Source: a virus | Reading direction: 5' to 3' (one strand) | DNA length: 64,000 nt | IMG/VR virus record: IMGVR_UViG_3300036795_000250 | Coordinates: 32,001-96,000 of that record | Shown here: positions 19,597 to 28,016 of the stretch, piece by piece | Layout: every line of letters begins with the position of its first letter | Position numbering within the stretch: the first letter of the stretch is position 1 | Program-made: the position numbers and the translations under genes | The notes under the pieces: model-generated | What the model was told of the DNA's origin: nothing | Database searches by the model: none | Seen by the model: the letters and a program-made list of their open reading frames with translations, nothing else

Positions 19597-19899
19597 ATGG
19601 ACATTGCCTTGGTTGTCGCAGCGCTTAGCAAGTTCAACGACGCGGAGTCACCCACGAAGAAAGAGGTGGAGAAGCTTGTCGACGCGGTTAGGGGATCGGG
19701 TATCAACGAGCTCCAAGAGTGGCTGGAGGAGTTGACGGGGCAGGTGGAAGAAGCAAGCAACTCGATCGAAGCGCTGACTGATGCGGATAGCGACGAACGA
19801 GAAGAGTGTTTTGAGGCCGCGACCGTCGATGTAGCTCAGGTGTTGGAGTCACTGAACGATGCATTGGAGTCGGTCAGAGCTGTCGCCCCATCCAGCTAG
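19597..19899 (+). CDS. Small acidic helical protein
   Basis: 100 aa, strongly D/E-rich. Confidence 0.55.
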   Translation: MDIALVVAALSKFNDAESPTKKEVEKLVDAVRGSGINELQEWLEELTGQVEEASNSIEALTDADSDEREECFEAATVDVAQVLESLNDALESVRAVAPSS

Positions 19900-20111
19900 G
19901 CGCTGGTACGCACTCGCTTCATATAGCGTGAGGTGCTACAGTCATTCCTGTCCGTGCTTCATGAGTTCAACTCTCTTGTCGCACAGCGCAGGACAGCGTG
20001 GCCTCCGATCTTCGGGTTGGGGGCCACGCATTTGTGCGTAGGGGCGAGATCAGAGGCGGTATGGTCATGACTTCGCCGTATCGAGCGCTTGTCGCGAGTG
20101 GAGGATATGCC

Positions 20112-20546
20112 GTGATCTCGGTAGAGCCGTGCGTATTCTGTGAGATCGTGGCTGGACGAAGCCCTGCCGAGATCGTGGGTACCTGGCCCGATGCCACAGC
20201 GTTCATATCGCTCGATCCGGTCACTCCGGGACATACGTTGGTCGTGCCGAACGAGCATATTGCCGACGCGGTGGAGCGCCCTGGGGCGACGGCCATGGTG
20301 ATGCAGCGCGCCGCAGAACTCGCTAGCGAGTACCAGTATTCGAACATCCTCACCAATACCGGTACACCGGCCCACCAAAGCGTGTTCCATTTGCACATTC
20401 ACGTCATCCCGCGCTCGGCCGACGACCAACTGATGCTGCCCTGGGGCACGACCGGGGATCCCCATGCTCCGCACTGGTGCCGGGTGGCTGAGCGGTTGCA
20501 GCGCCAGATCGACGCTCTGCTGAACCAGAACGACCGTACTGCGTAG
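20112..20546 (+). CDS. HIT-family nucleotide hydrolase
   Basis: CVFCEIV, PVTPGHTLVVP, HQSVFHLHIHVIPR histidine triad. Confidence 0.92.
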   Translation: MISVEPCVFCEIVAGRSPAEIVGTWPDATAFISLDPVTPGHTLVVPNEHIADAVERPGATAMVMQRAAELASEYQYSNILTNTGTPAHQSVFHLHIHVIPRSADDQLMLPWGTTGDPHAPHWCRVAERLQRQIDALLNQNDRTA

Positions 20547-20565
20547 TCACCGGGCTCGCCAACGC

Positions 20566-20604
20566 AACTCCAAGATTTGGAGTTACTTGGAGCAATTTGG
20601 AGTT
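20566..20604. repeat. Three 10-bp direct repeats (A(T/C)TTGGAG(TT/CA)) plus one inverted copy
   Basis: AACTCCAAG ATTTGGAGTT ACTTGGAGCA ATTTGGAGTT. Confidence 0.7.
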
Positions 20605-20612
20605 GGGGAAGG

Positions 20613-20641
20613 AAAAAGACGGCCCCAAAATCGGGGCCGTC
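20613..20641 (-). terminator. Intrinsic terminator of the EEP gene
   Basis: GACGGCCCC/GGGGCCGTC stem then TTTTT on minus strand. Confidence 0.75.
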
Positions 20642-20668
20642 CTCCAGCGGTGCACGGTGATCGTGTTG

Positions 20669-21517
20669 CTAGCTGTCCTTGTCGAAGGCAAGCTCGGCAT
20701 AGACGTAATCATGGTCGGAGCCGGGGCACGGAATCACGCGGTAGCTGCCCTCGACGTAGTCCGCTGGATGTTCCTTGGACACGACGATGCGATCGATCCG
20801 CAGACCTCCCGCACTCGTCGGGGTGAAGTCGCGTGCTCGCTCGCCGACGTCCCAGAGCCCGGAACTGAGCACCGTGTCCATCGACTCGGTGTTCGTGGTC
20901 CACCTCCCGCTGGAGTCCCGCCGACCCTTCTGTGTTCTCTGCCATGGCCGACCACGCTCGTCGCAGCGCGCTCCCCAGTCCTCATAGAGATGCTCGCCGT
21001 CGGCGCTGCTCGTGGTGTTGAAGTCTCCGCCGATGATCGACGGGAGTTGGCCGAGCTGGGCGGAGAGGCTGGCCTGGATGTCCATCCCCACTGGACCTCG
21101 TGCTCCGGTCCAGTGGATCGGGGAGAGGAAGGTCCTGATCCCGGCGATGGTGGCCTCTAGCACGTCGTAATAGACCTCGCGAACGTCGGGATCGGCTACC
21201 TCATGCACTTCCTTCGGCTTGACCAGGCGGGCGGAGGTGACCATGCCCGGCTTGTTCCGGCTGCCCTTCCGTTGCGACATCCAGGGTCGGAAGAAATCGT
21301 CTCCTTCCCAGAGGTCGTCGAGTAGTCCTACCGCTTCCCAGAGCGGTTGCTGCTGGAACGCCATCCACATTGTGCATTCAGACAAGAAGAGAACATGTGG
21401 TGTGGGTGCTTTCGCCACGATATCGCGTAGCCTGTGTAGCTCGTGCCAGCGCGTTTTCGCGTTCCAGCAGCCGCGCTTAATGTTCAGCACGCCAATGCGC
21501 ACAACCGTCTCAGCCAC
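20669..21517 (-). CDS. Endonuclease/exonuclease/phosphatase (EEP) family protein
   Basis: GVLNI, LFLSE, IIGGDFN, RIDRIVV, GSDH catalytic motifs. Confidence 0.87.
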   Translation of the reverse strand: MAETVVRIGVLNIKRGCWNAKTRWHELHRLRDIVAKAPTPHVLFLSECTMWMAFQQQPLWEAVGLLDDLWEGDDFFRPWMSQRKGSRNKPGMVTSARLVKPKEVHEVADPDVREVYYDVLEATIAGIRTFLSPIHWTGARGPVGMDIQASLSAQLGQLPSIIGGDFNTTSSADGEHLYEDWGARCDERGRPWQRTQKGRRDSSGRWTTNTESMDTVLSSGLWDVGERARDFTPTSAGGLRIDRIVVSKEHPADYVEGSYRVIPCPGSDHDYVYAELAFDKDS

Positions 21518-21792
21518 GTGTCGTATCCCTTGGATCTTGTGTGCTTGGGTAGGCCGATGGGCGAGCTTACTCAGCCCACCCCGATCCCGGGGCAGTTACG
21601 GATTGATTCGTCGCTACTTTCTGCGGCGCCACGGGAATCCGCCGACCACTCTGCCCGGGTGATCTACTGGGTAGCTGGTCTCGGCATGCTGGCAGTTCGT
21701 GCAGCGGTCAGTCCACGATCCCACTGTCTCATCCACGTCCGTGCTAGTGGTGTTGCCGCCGCACTTCGGACACGTTTCCATGGGGACACAGG

Positions 21793-22224
21793 CTAGTGGC
21801 TGACCATTTCGCGCTGGACCGACCTCGCCCGATACCGCAAGAATCGAGCGAAAGCCACGATAGTGTCCTGATCCTCGCTGCTCAGATGCTGGACGAGTCG
21901 CAACAAAGCCACGATAGTGTCTTGATCCTCACTGCTCAGCTGTTGGACCAGCAGTCCCGAGATTCTGGCGATCACACCTGCGGCAGGTCCAGCGTCCTCG
22001 GCGAAGAAGTCGGACACCGGGCGGAGGTATACCCGTGCCAGCTTCGCGAGTTCCAGGCAATCGACTCGCCGACGGCCGCACTCGATCTCAGAGATCGCGC
22101 TGCGCGCGATGCCGGTCAGGTTCGCCACATACTGCTGGCTGAGCCCTTGGTCCTCGCGGGCCGCGCGCAGGCGCTGGGCTAGCTCGCGCTGTTCTGCGGA
22201 TATGTTCTCAGTGGGTGTGCGCAT
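21793..22224 (-). CDS. XRE-family HTH regulator (candidate immunity repressor) with internal 18-aa duplication
   Basis: RLRAAREDQGLSQQYVANLTGIARSAISEIECGRR; near attP/int. Confidence 0.85.
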   Translation of the reverse strand: MRTPTENISAEQRELAQRLRAAREDQGLSQQYVANLTGIARSAISEIECGRRRVDCLELAKLARVYLRPVSDFFAEDAGPAAGVIARISGLLVQQLSSEDQDTIVALLRLVQHLSSEDQDTIVAFARFLRYRARSVQREMVSH

Positions 22225-22231
22225 GGGGAGA

Positions 22232-22303
22232 TCAGCTGACCGGGTTCCCAAGATCCAGGATGGCGGCCACTGCGTCGATCGCGTCCTTGGACCAGTCGCT
22301 CAT
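22232..22303 (-). CDS. Putative 23-aa peptide MSDWSKDAIDAVAAILDLGNPVS upstream of XRE gene
   Basis: ATGA overlap with upstream stop; first 27 nt identical to the start of the 22587-22823 gene. Confidence 0.4.
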   Translation of the reverse strand: MSDWSKDAIDAVAAILDLGNPVS

Positions 22304-22590
22304 CGGCGTGCTGCTTCCTCGTCGTATGCGTGCACTGCTTCCTCAACCTGCTCGACACCGTAGTCTCCCGAGTCAAGCCATTCGACGGCGCGCCACACTT
22401 CAGTCAGAGTGCCGTCGCCTTCGATTCCGGCAGCGGTCAGCGTCTCGTACAGGTGGTCAGTTGCCTTGGTGGCGAGTGAATCGGGCGCTAGCTCACGTAG
22501 CCGGTCACGCACCACCATCAGATCGTTCAGGTCAAGGTTGTTGTTCCAGGCGATCTGTCGGTACAGGAAGTTGTAGTTACCGCCGCTCAC
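22300..22590 (-). CDS. Hypothetical protein (MSGGNYNFLY... type)
   Basis: MSGGxYxYLY-type N-terminus and VWRAVEWLDSGD, seen in phage proteins; GTGA coupling. Confidence 0.65.
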   Translation of the reverse strand: MSGGNYNFLYRQIAWNNNLDLNDLMVVRDRLRELAPDSLATKATDHLYETLTAAGIEGDGTLTEVWRAVEWLDSGDYGVEQVEEAVHAYDEEAARR

Positions 22591-22823
22591 CGAGTCACCT
22601 TGCGGGTCGCCGCCCCGAGCCAACCGGTCAACCGAGCGAGCCGGTGACGACGAGCAGCCTTCCGCTCGGTCCGCCGTACGGCCACGATGCGATCGATCTC
22701 TCTGGAGACGTACTCATGTGCGTCGATCGCGGCCTGGGCTCGGCAGCGCAGAAAGTAGCCGGTCGGATCGTCGACCAACGCGTCCGCGTCAGCCCGGATC
22801 GCGTCCTTGGACCAGTCGCTCAT
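22587..22823 (-). CDS. Hypothetical protein, possibly leaderless
   Basis: ATG at 22823 preceded 8 nt upstream by TACACT (-10-like). Confidence 0.5.
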   Translation of the reverse strand: MSDWSKDAIRADADALVDDPTGYFLRCRAQAAIDAHEYVSREIDRIVAVRRTERKAARRHRLARLTGWLGAATRKVTR

Positions 22824-22956
22824 GAGGCGCGAGTGTAGCGGCCCGTCAGGTGTCCTGGGAGCGCTGCCCGCAAGGGAGCAACCTCGGCGCGGAGCGGCGT
22901 CACGGTGTCCTCTCGTGGCCATACCTGTCCAGCCGTGTCACTCGTTCCAGGACCCA

Positions 22957-23189
22957 GTGGGCACGGAGTGGGCACGACACAGAAAAGCCCCGGCTGAAAA
23001 CCGGGGCTGACCTGCACCAACGAGTGGTGGGCGATACTGGGATTGAACCAGTATCATGGGCAGGGTGGCGATACTGGGTTGAGCAGGAAAAACGCCGTCT
23101 GACCAGCCAATACGGACACCAGTGTCGCCTGCCATAGGGGACACGACAGGACACAAGATGTACATTCGTGTGGGCACGTAGAGGGCACG
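22957..23189. mobile_element. attP: attP: 28-bp core (23025-23052) equal to a tRNA-Val 3' end on the minus strand, flanked by arm-type repeats
   Basis: Reverse complement ACTGGTTCAATCCCAGTATCGCCCACCA = T-arm + acceptor strand + CCA of actinobacterial tRNA-Val; no tRNA 5' half; G(T/A)GGGCACG pairs at 22957/22968 and 23170/23181; adjacent integrase. Confidence 0.88.
22983..23008 (-). terminator. Terminator placed to terminate the reconstituted tRNA after integration
   Basis: AGCCCCGG-CTGAAAA-CCGGGGCT stem with T-run on minus strand, just 3' of the tRNA-like core. Confidence 0.7.
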
Positions 23190-23206
23190 AAATCTTGGAG
23201 GTCTAA

Positions 23207-24499
23207 ATGGCTCGTGGACAGAGACAGTTCGGCAGCATCCGCCTGCTTCCTTCGGGCCGCTTCCAGGCCCGGTACATCGGGCCGGACGGGCAGCGCTACA
23301 CCGCGCAGACGCCCGCAGGCAGACCTCGGACGTTCACTACGAAGGGTGACGCTGGGACCTGGCTCGACGGCAAGCACACGGACATCGAGCGCGGAGTGTG
23401 GGTGGCACCGGGTAGCCAGCCCTCGGTACCCGAGGAGCCTGCCAGACCCGTGACCTTCGGTGTCTACGCCGAGCAGTGGATGGCTGACCGGGCCAGTGAG
23501 CTCGCACAGACCACCTATGACCACTACACCCAACTGCTGCGTGATCACATCAACCCTACGTTCCAGGACACACCGCTGAGCGATATCAAGCCAGCAGGGG
23601 TCCGTGCGTGGCATGGCCAACTGGCCCGCGCCAAAGGGAAGAAAATCAGGGACAGGCCGACGACGCGTGCGCACGCCTACGGGCTGCTGCGCACGATCCT
23701 GGGTGCGGCGGTCGCTGATCACGACCAGAAGTTGATCAGCGTCAACCCTTGCCACATTAAAGGCGCCGGGGTGGCAAAGCGGGCTGTGGACATCGAGACC
23801 GTCACTCTGGACGAGCTGACCATCATCGTGGCGAAGATGCCACCTCGGTATCAGCTGATGGTGCTGTGGGCTGCCTGGTGTGCGCTGCGGTTTGGCGAAC
23901 TGGCCGAACTTCGTCGCTCGGACGTGGACGTCGTCAAATCTGTGGTGCGTATTCGGCGCGGCGTCACGCGCAGCAAGGGCAAGCGGATTGTCAAAGGCCC
24001 GAAGTCCGAGGCAGGGAAGCGGTCGGTCGACATTCCGCCGCACCTGATGTCGTTGGTCATCGCGCACTTGCGAGACCATGTTGGCACTGAGCCTTCGGCG
24101 CTGTTGTGGCCCTCGTCGAGCGATCCCAACCGACACCTGGCGCCGTCCACTCTGTACAAGGTCTATTACCCTGCCCGTGAGGCTGCCCATCGTCCCGATC
24201 TGCGCTTCCATGATCTCCGGCACACTGGTGCAGTGTTGACTGCCGCGACTGGTGCCACCATCGCGGAACTGAAGGCACGGCTAGGTCATGCGACCTTCAC
24301 GGCTGCAATGCGCTACCAACATGCCTCGAAGGAGAGCGGGAAGAGAATCGCCGCTGCGCTGTCCGGCCTCGTGGCGGTTCCCGGTGACACGAGGCCGCAG
24401 GACCAGGTCGACCAGATCCGTCAGCTTCTCGCTGAGGCAACTCTGACTGACGAGATGAAGGCGGTACTGCGCAAGGCAATCGAGGGCGACGCTGCTTAG
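23207..24499 (+). CDS. int: Tyrosine integrase (L5/D29-like)
   Basis: Arm-binding FGSIRLLPSGRFQARYIGPDG; catalytic LRFGEL, KS, RFHDLRH, LGH, RY. Confidence 0.96.
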   Translation: MARGQRQFGSIRLLPSGRFQARYIGPDGQRYTAQTPAGRPRTFTTKGDAGTWLDGKHTDIERGVWVAPGSQPSVPEEPARPVTFGVYAEQWMADRASELAQTTYDHYTQLLRDHINPTFQDTPLSDIKPAGVRAWHGQLARAKGKKIRDRPTTRAHAYGLLRTILGAAVADHDQKLISVNPCHIKGAGVAKRAVDIETVTLDELTIIVAKMPPRYQLMVLWAAWCALRFGELAELRRSDVDVVKSVVRIRRGVTRSKGKRIVKGPKSEAGKRSVDIPPHLMSLVIAHLRDHVGTEPSALLWPSSSDPNRHLAPSTLYKVYYPAREAAHRPDLRFHDLRHTGAVLTAATGATIAELKARLGHATFTAAMRYQHASKESGKRIAAALSGLVAVPGDTRPQDQVDQIRQLLAEATLTDEMKAVLRKAIEGDAA

Positions 24500-24738
24500 T
24501 CCTGCGAGCTGCGGAATGCGCGGAAGGCTTGGGTCGTTCCACACATGAGCAGGACACACACTGGCAGGGTGTCCAGAAGCGTGCCAAACCCCACATAGCC
24601 AGCTACCCAGCCGCTGAAGATGTAGAACGCCCAGCTTCCGTAGGCGTAGCGGATTACCTCAGCTCTGCTCACGAGGATCTACGCTAGCAGAGCCTTCTTC
24701 GCCGCTCACCAAGCCGCCATGCAAGAGAGTTACTGATC

Positions 24739-24972
24739 ATGCCTAGTGTTCATGACCCGAACACCGTCCGGAGCGGTCTTGACCAGTTCTCCGGCGACCT
24801 CGATGCTGCGGTGGCCGCACTGCGCAAGATTGTGGAGCATCCGTTCGCCCAGCGCGATGATATCCTTCTGGACGTTATTCGACCGGCAGAGAATTCAGCC
24901 AATGCCGCGTCCCGTTTGGCGCTCGTTCTAGCCGATCACATTGACCCTATCGCCGAGCCCCCGAAGGACTGA
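24739..24972 (+). CDS. Hypothetical helical protein
   Basis: 77 aa, downstream of int. Confidence 0.5.
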   Translation: MPSVHDPNTVRSGLDQFSGDLDAAVAALRKIVEHPFAQRDDILLDVIRPAENSANAASRLALVLADHIDPIAEPPKD

Positions 24973-24974
24973 TC

Positions 24975-25349
24975 ATGACCGATGATCCCGGGCAACTCGT
25001 CAAGGACTACCGCACGAACCAGGCCGCGTCACGGCGGCTGCGGGGTGCCCGCTTCGGGGCTGGAGGCTACGCGAACGCGGGCATCGAGGCGATAGCTCGC
25101 AGCCGCAGTAACGCTGCGCGCGACCCACTCGTTGAACCGTCGGTCGCGATCAGAACAGCGATCGCCAAGCTTCCGTGCGGCGAGGACTTGATCGCCGCAT
25201 TGAAGGAAGAGGACAGGGCACAGGAGGACCTTAGGAGCGCGCACAGTTGGGGTGAGGAAGGGCTGACGCCCGCCCACCGCGAGACTCTGCGCAACAAGAA
25301 GAAGATCGTGGACGAGTTGGCAACCAAGATGCGCTCGATGGTCTTCTAG
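24975..25349 (+). CDS. Hypothetical protein
   Basis: 124 aa, AAGGA SD, coupled to previous ORF. Confidence 0.55.
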   Translation: MTDDPGQLVKDYRTNQAASRRLRGARFGAGGYANAGIEAIARSRSNAARDPLVEPSVAIRTAIAKLPCGEDLIAALKEEDRAQEDLRSAHSWGEEGLTPAHRETLRNKKKIVDELATKMRSMVF

Positions 25350-25900
25350 GACTCATCGACGAACGTGTCGCCCGGCTCACTCCACTTACGGAAGCACGCT
25401 TCCCGCTCGCCTGGTTTCCACGGCTTGAGCACCCATGCTGGGTCGCTGTCGCCGAACAGGTAGTCGGTCGAGACCTTCTCGGGCAATGCGGCGCGGCCCG
25501 CATGCTCCCAGGCCGGGAGCCCGCACTTGTCGCAGTATCGAAAGGACTGACCGATCCAGTGATATCCCTCGGGGCACGGCACCTCAGGAGACGGCTGGGT
25601 GCTCCGCTCCTCGGTCTCGTCCACGAACAGACCTATGGCGGTGACGGTGATACGTGCCGCTCGGCGGTATTCCCTGTGAATGTCGTCGTGTAGCTCATTC
25701 CATGGCTTGATTGACCACGGAGATACCCGGTTGTCGGCGATGTAGGCAACCTCTGCGGCTTGCTCGATCTCCTTCGAGGTGACACTGCGCCGGAACCCGG
25801 CCGCCAGGATGGTCTTGGCACACCTGACAGGGTTCCCTACGTAGCCCCACGACTTGATCCCTGTCACAAGCCTGGCGAGGTCATCTTGGTCGTTCATCAT
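25346..25900 (-). CDS. Hypothetical protein with C-terminal Cys/His motif
   Basis: CPEGYHWIGQSFRYCDKCG. Confidence 0.6.
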   Translation of the reverse strand: MMNDQDDLARLVTGIKSWGYVGNPVRCAKTILAAGFRRSVTSKEIEQAAEVAYIADNRVSPWSIKPWNELHDDIHREYRRAARITVTAIGLFVDETEERSTQPSPEVPCPEGYHWIGQSFRYCDKCGLPAWEHAGRAALPEKVSTDYLFGDSDPAWVLKPWKPGEREACFRKWSEPGDTFVDES

Positions 25901-26466
25901 TCACTGCACCCGTGCTGGTGGTCCGGGGTTGCACTCCACTGCCTCAACAAGGCGCGGATCTCGGTGACGGCGTCGCTGGAGGTGGCCGATGCAGCGACCG
26001 TGTCGTAGAGCGTGTACGCCGCGAATTCAGGAAGGATAGTGGCTCGGCGCCGCATATCATCCAGCTCACTACGCAACTGCTCGTTCCGCTCGGCGAGAGC
26101 TTGCGCGTCCGCGAGGTTCGCTTCGTCGTTCTCCTGAAAGGCGCGGTATGCCTGCCCTAGCTCGATACGTGCCTGTGCCAGCTCGGAGCGCAGCTGGGCT
26201 ATCGGATGTCGATGAGACGCTGCGGCTGCTGAGGACGCTGCTGCCGAGGACACCCGTGGGCCAGCGGGCCGGAGCGAGTTGGTGTAGACAAAGGCTGTGT
26301 TGCCTCCGCTAGGGTCGTCGGCGCGCCACCGATCGTCAGCGATCTCTGTGTATTCCGGAGTGGAGTGATGCGGACCGACGTAGGTGCCGGTACACGTACC
26401 GGCGATGTCCGTGCAGCTGTCGCCCGTGACGGGGTCTCCAGGGGCGAACCTGTGTTCCTCAGGCAC
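25897..26466 (-). CDS. Hypothetical protein (beta-rich N-terminus plus coiled coil)
   Basis: GAAGGAG SD, GTG at 26466 overlapping the holin stop. Confidence 0.55.
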   Translation of the reverse strand: MPEEHRFAPGDPVTGDSCTDIAGTCTGTYVGPHHSTPEYTEIADDRWRADDPSGGNTAFVYTNSLRPAGPRVSSAAASSAAAASHRHPIAQLRSELAQARIELGQAYRAFQENDEANLADAQALAERNEQLRSELDDMRRRATILPEFAAYTLYDTVAASATSSDAVTEIRALLRQWSATPDHQHGCSE

Positions 26467-26701
26467 CGCTGGTCTCCTTCGCACCGGCATTCCCAGCAGC
26501 ATCCCCTGCGGGCGGCCGATTCTGGTGCCGCGCCAGATAGCCACCGAGGAACGCGACCGCGCCCGGTACGACCACGTCAACCAGAGCTTCAACAGGCACG
26601 GGGAGCACGCCGTGGAACAGGTACTGCGTGAGTAACCAGCACACACCGGCCGCGACGATCGCGCCTGAGGTGGCTGCGGTGACTTTCGGTTCGATATTCA
26701 T
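26459..26701 (-). CDS. Holin-like membrane protein (2 TM)
   Basis: MNIEPKVTAATSGAIVAAG..VVVPGAVAFLGGYLARH, characteristic of actinophage holins. Confidence 0.72.
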   Translation of the reverse strand: MNIEPKVTAATSGAIVAAGVCWLLTQYLFHGVLPVPVEALVDVVVPGAVAFLGGYLARHQNRPPAGDAAGNAGAKETSGA

Positions 26702-26711
26702 GATTTGTTTC

Positions 26712-26897
26712 CTACTCTCGGGCTTCTTTCCAGGGGATGTGCGGTCCACTGTGAGGATGGGTTAGCGGACATCCTCGTTTGACGACAACCAGTTCAGGGA
26801 TTGCTAGTTCTTGTGGAATAGCCGCAATAGCGGCTTCGTGCGGCGCATCATCATGAAACCCGTACGGTGCTTGACACACCGGGCACGGTACCATCAC
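26712..26897 (-). CDS. Small hypothetical protein with CxxC
   Basis: PCPVC..GFHDD. Confidence 0.45.
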   Translation of the reverse strand: MMVPCPVCQAPYGFHDDAPHEAAIAAIPQELAIPELVVVKRGCPLTHPHSGPHIPWKEARE

Positions 26898-26925
26898 GCT
26901 CTCTCGCCCCGTCTCTGTCGTCGCT

Positions 26926-27138
26926 TCAGGCCGTCGGCAGTTGTCTGGCCAATGCTTCGACGTCGTCCAGACTGACCTTCAGCAGGCGTGGACCGACCCG
27001 GTATCCAGGAAGTCGCCCCATCGAGATCCAGCGACGCATGGTGCGCGGCGAGACATCCGCGACCGCAGCCGCCTTCGCCACCGACGCGAGTCGTGTCGGG
27101 AGCCGTGTGCCGGTAGTCTTCGCTTTTGCTGCACTCAC
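26926..27138 (-). CDS. xis: Excisionase-type HTH DNA-binding protein
   Basis: SVAKAAAVADVSPRTMRRWISMGRLPGYRVGPRLLKVSLDDVEAL; GTGA overlap with epimerase stop. Confidence 0.82.
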   Translation of the reverse strand: MSAAKAKTTGTRLPTRLASVAKAAAVADVSPRTMRRWISMGRLPGYRVGPRLLKVSLDDVEALARQLPTA

Positions 27139-28016
27139 GTTGCCTCCAAGGCTTCGGTGATGCCTTGCGCCAGACTGATTGTGGGTTGATAGAACGACAG
27201 CATCTTGCTGGGGTTGCCAACCCGGTGAAAGACACCCGTTGGCGCATCGAGTTTGTGCTCGATCACGGGCGAGTAGCCGACCTGTTGTGCCACGAACCGG
27301 GCCAGTTGGTTGAAGGAGGTGCTGGTGCCCGAGCACAGGTTGGTCGGCCCGTCGATCTCTTGCTCCACGGCGACTAAGGTCGCGCCCACGATGTCATCGA
27401 CATGGATCCAGTCCCGCACTTGCTCACCGTCACCCCAGACCTCAAACGGATCCATCCTGCGCTTCGCTCGCCGGATGAAGCTGGGGAACGGATAAGTGAG
27501 GTCCTGGTCGGACGCGTAGCCAGAGAATGGGCGCAGCACGGTGACCCGGGATGTCGAATAGGACGCCAGCACCTCGCCCGTGAGTTTCACCCAGCCGTAG
27601 GTCTGATCCGGTGACCCACTGAGATCCTGGAAGTTGATGTCGATTTCGGACAGTCGCCGCGCCACGGACCGTCCTAGGTCTGGCCAGTGTTGCTGGAGCC
27701 AGGTGGGGTAGGCGGCCGAGCTGGAGTAGTACACCGCTCGCGGGGTGCCGGAGAGCTCCAGCCACCGGAAGAACCAGGCATCCAACGCTAAGTTTGTGGC
27801 TATCATGATTGGCGCGTTCTCAATACTCTGACGGCCGCCGACAATAGCTGCGCAATGGATCGCGAGGTCATATCGATGTGTGTTGTTGCGGAACATGTGC
27901 AGGCAGTCGATGCCGTCCTTAACATCCCAGCCTTCAACGAAGTCGCCTCGTGCCACCAGCGCCTTCGTCAGATGACGCCCGAGCAGACCGCTCGACCCGG
28001 TCACCAATACCCTCAC
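27135..28016 (-). CDS. NAD-dependent nucleotide-sugar epimerase/dehydratase (extended SDR)
   Basis: VLVTGSSGLLG, HCAA, YSSSAAY, YGWVK (YxxxK), WGDGEQVRDWIHVDD. Confidence 0.92.
   Translation of the reverse strand: MRVLVTGSSGLLGRHLTKALVARGDFVEGWDVKDGIDCLHMFRNNTHRYDLAIHCAAIVGGRQSIENAPIMIATNLALDAWFFRWLELSGTPRAVYYSSSAAYPTWLQQHWPDLGRSVARRLSEIDINFQDLSGSPDQTYGWVKLTGEVLASYSTSRVTVLRPFSGYASDQDLTYPFPSFIRRAKRRMDPFEVWGDGEQVRDWIHVDDIVGATLVAVEQEIDGPTNLCSGTSTSFNQLARFVAQQVGYSPVIEHKLDAPTGVFHRVGNPSKMLSFYQPTISLAQGITEALEAT

Larger units (their letters stand above)
22277..22823. repeat. 27-bp perfect direct repeat (22277-22303 and 22797-22823)
   Basis: GATCGCGTCCTTGGACCAGTCGCTCAT at both positions. Confidence 0.9.

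Noticed and set aside
23025-23052. Complete tRNA gene
   Set aside because: Only the T-arm, acceptor 3' strand and CCA are present; adjacent sequence gives no anticodon or D arm, so it is an att core
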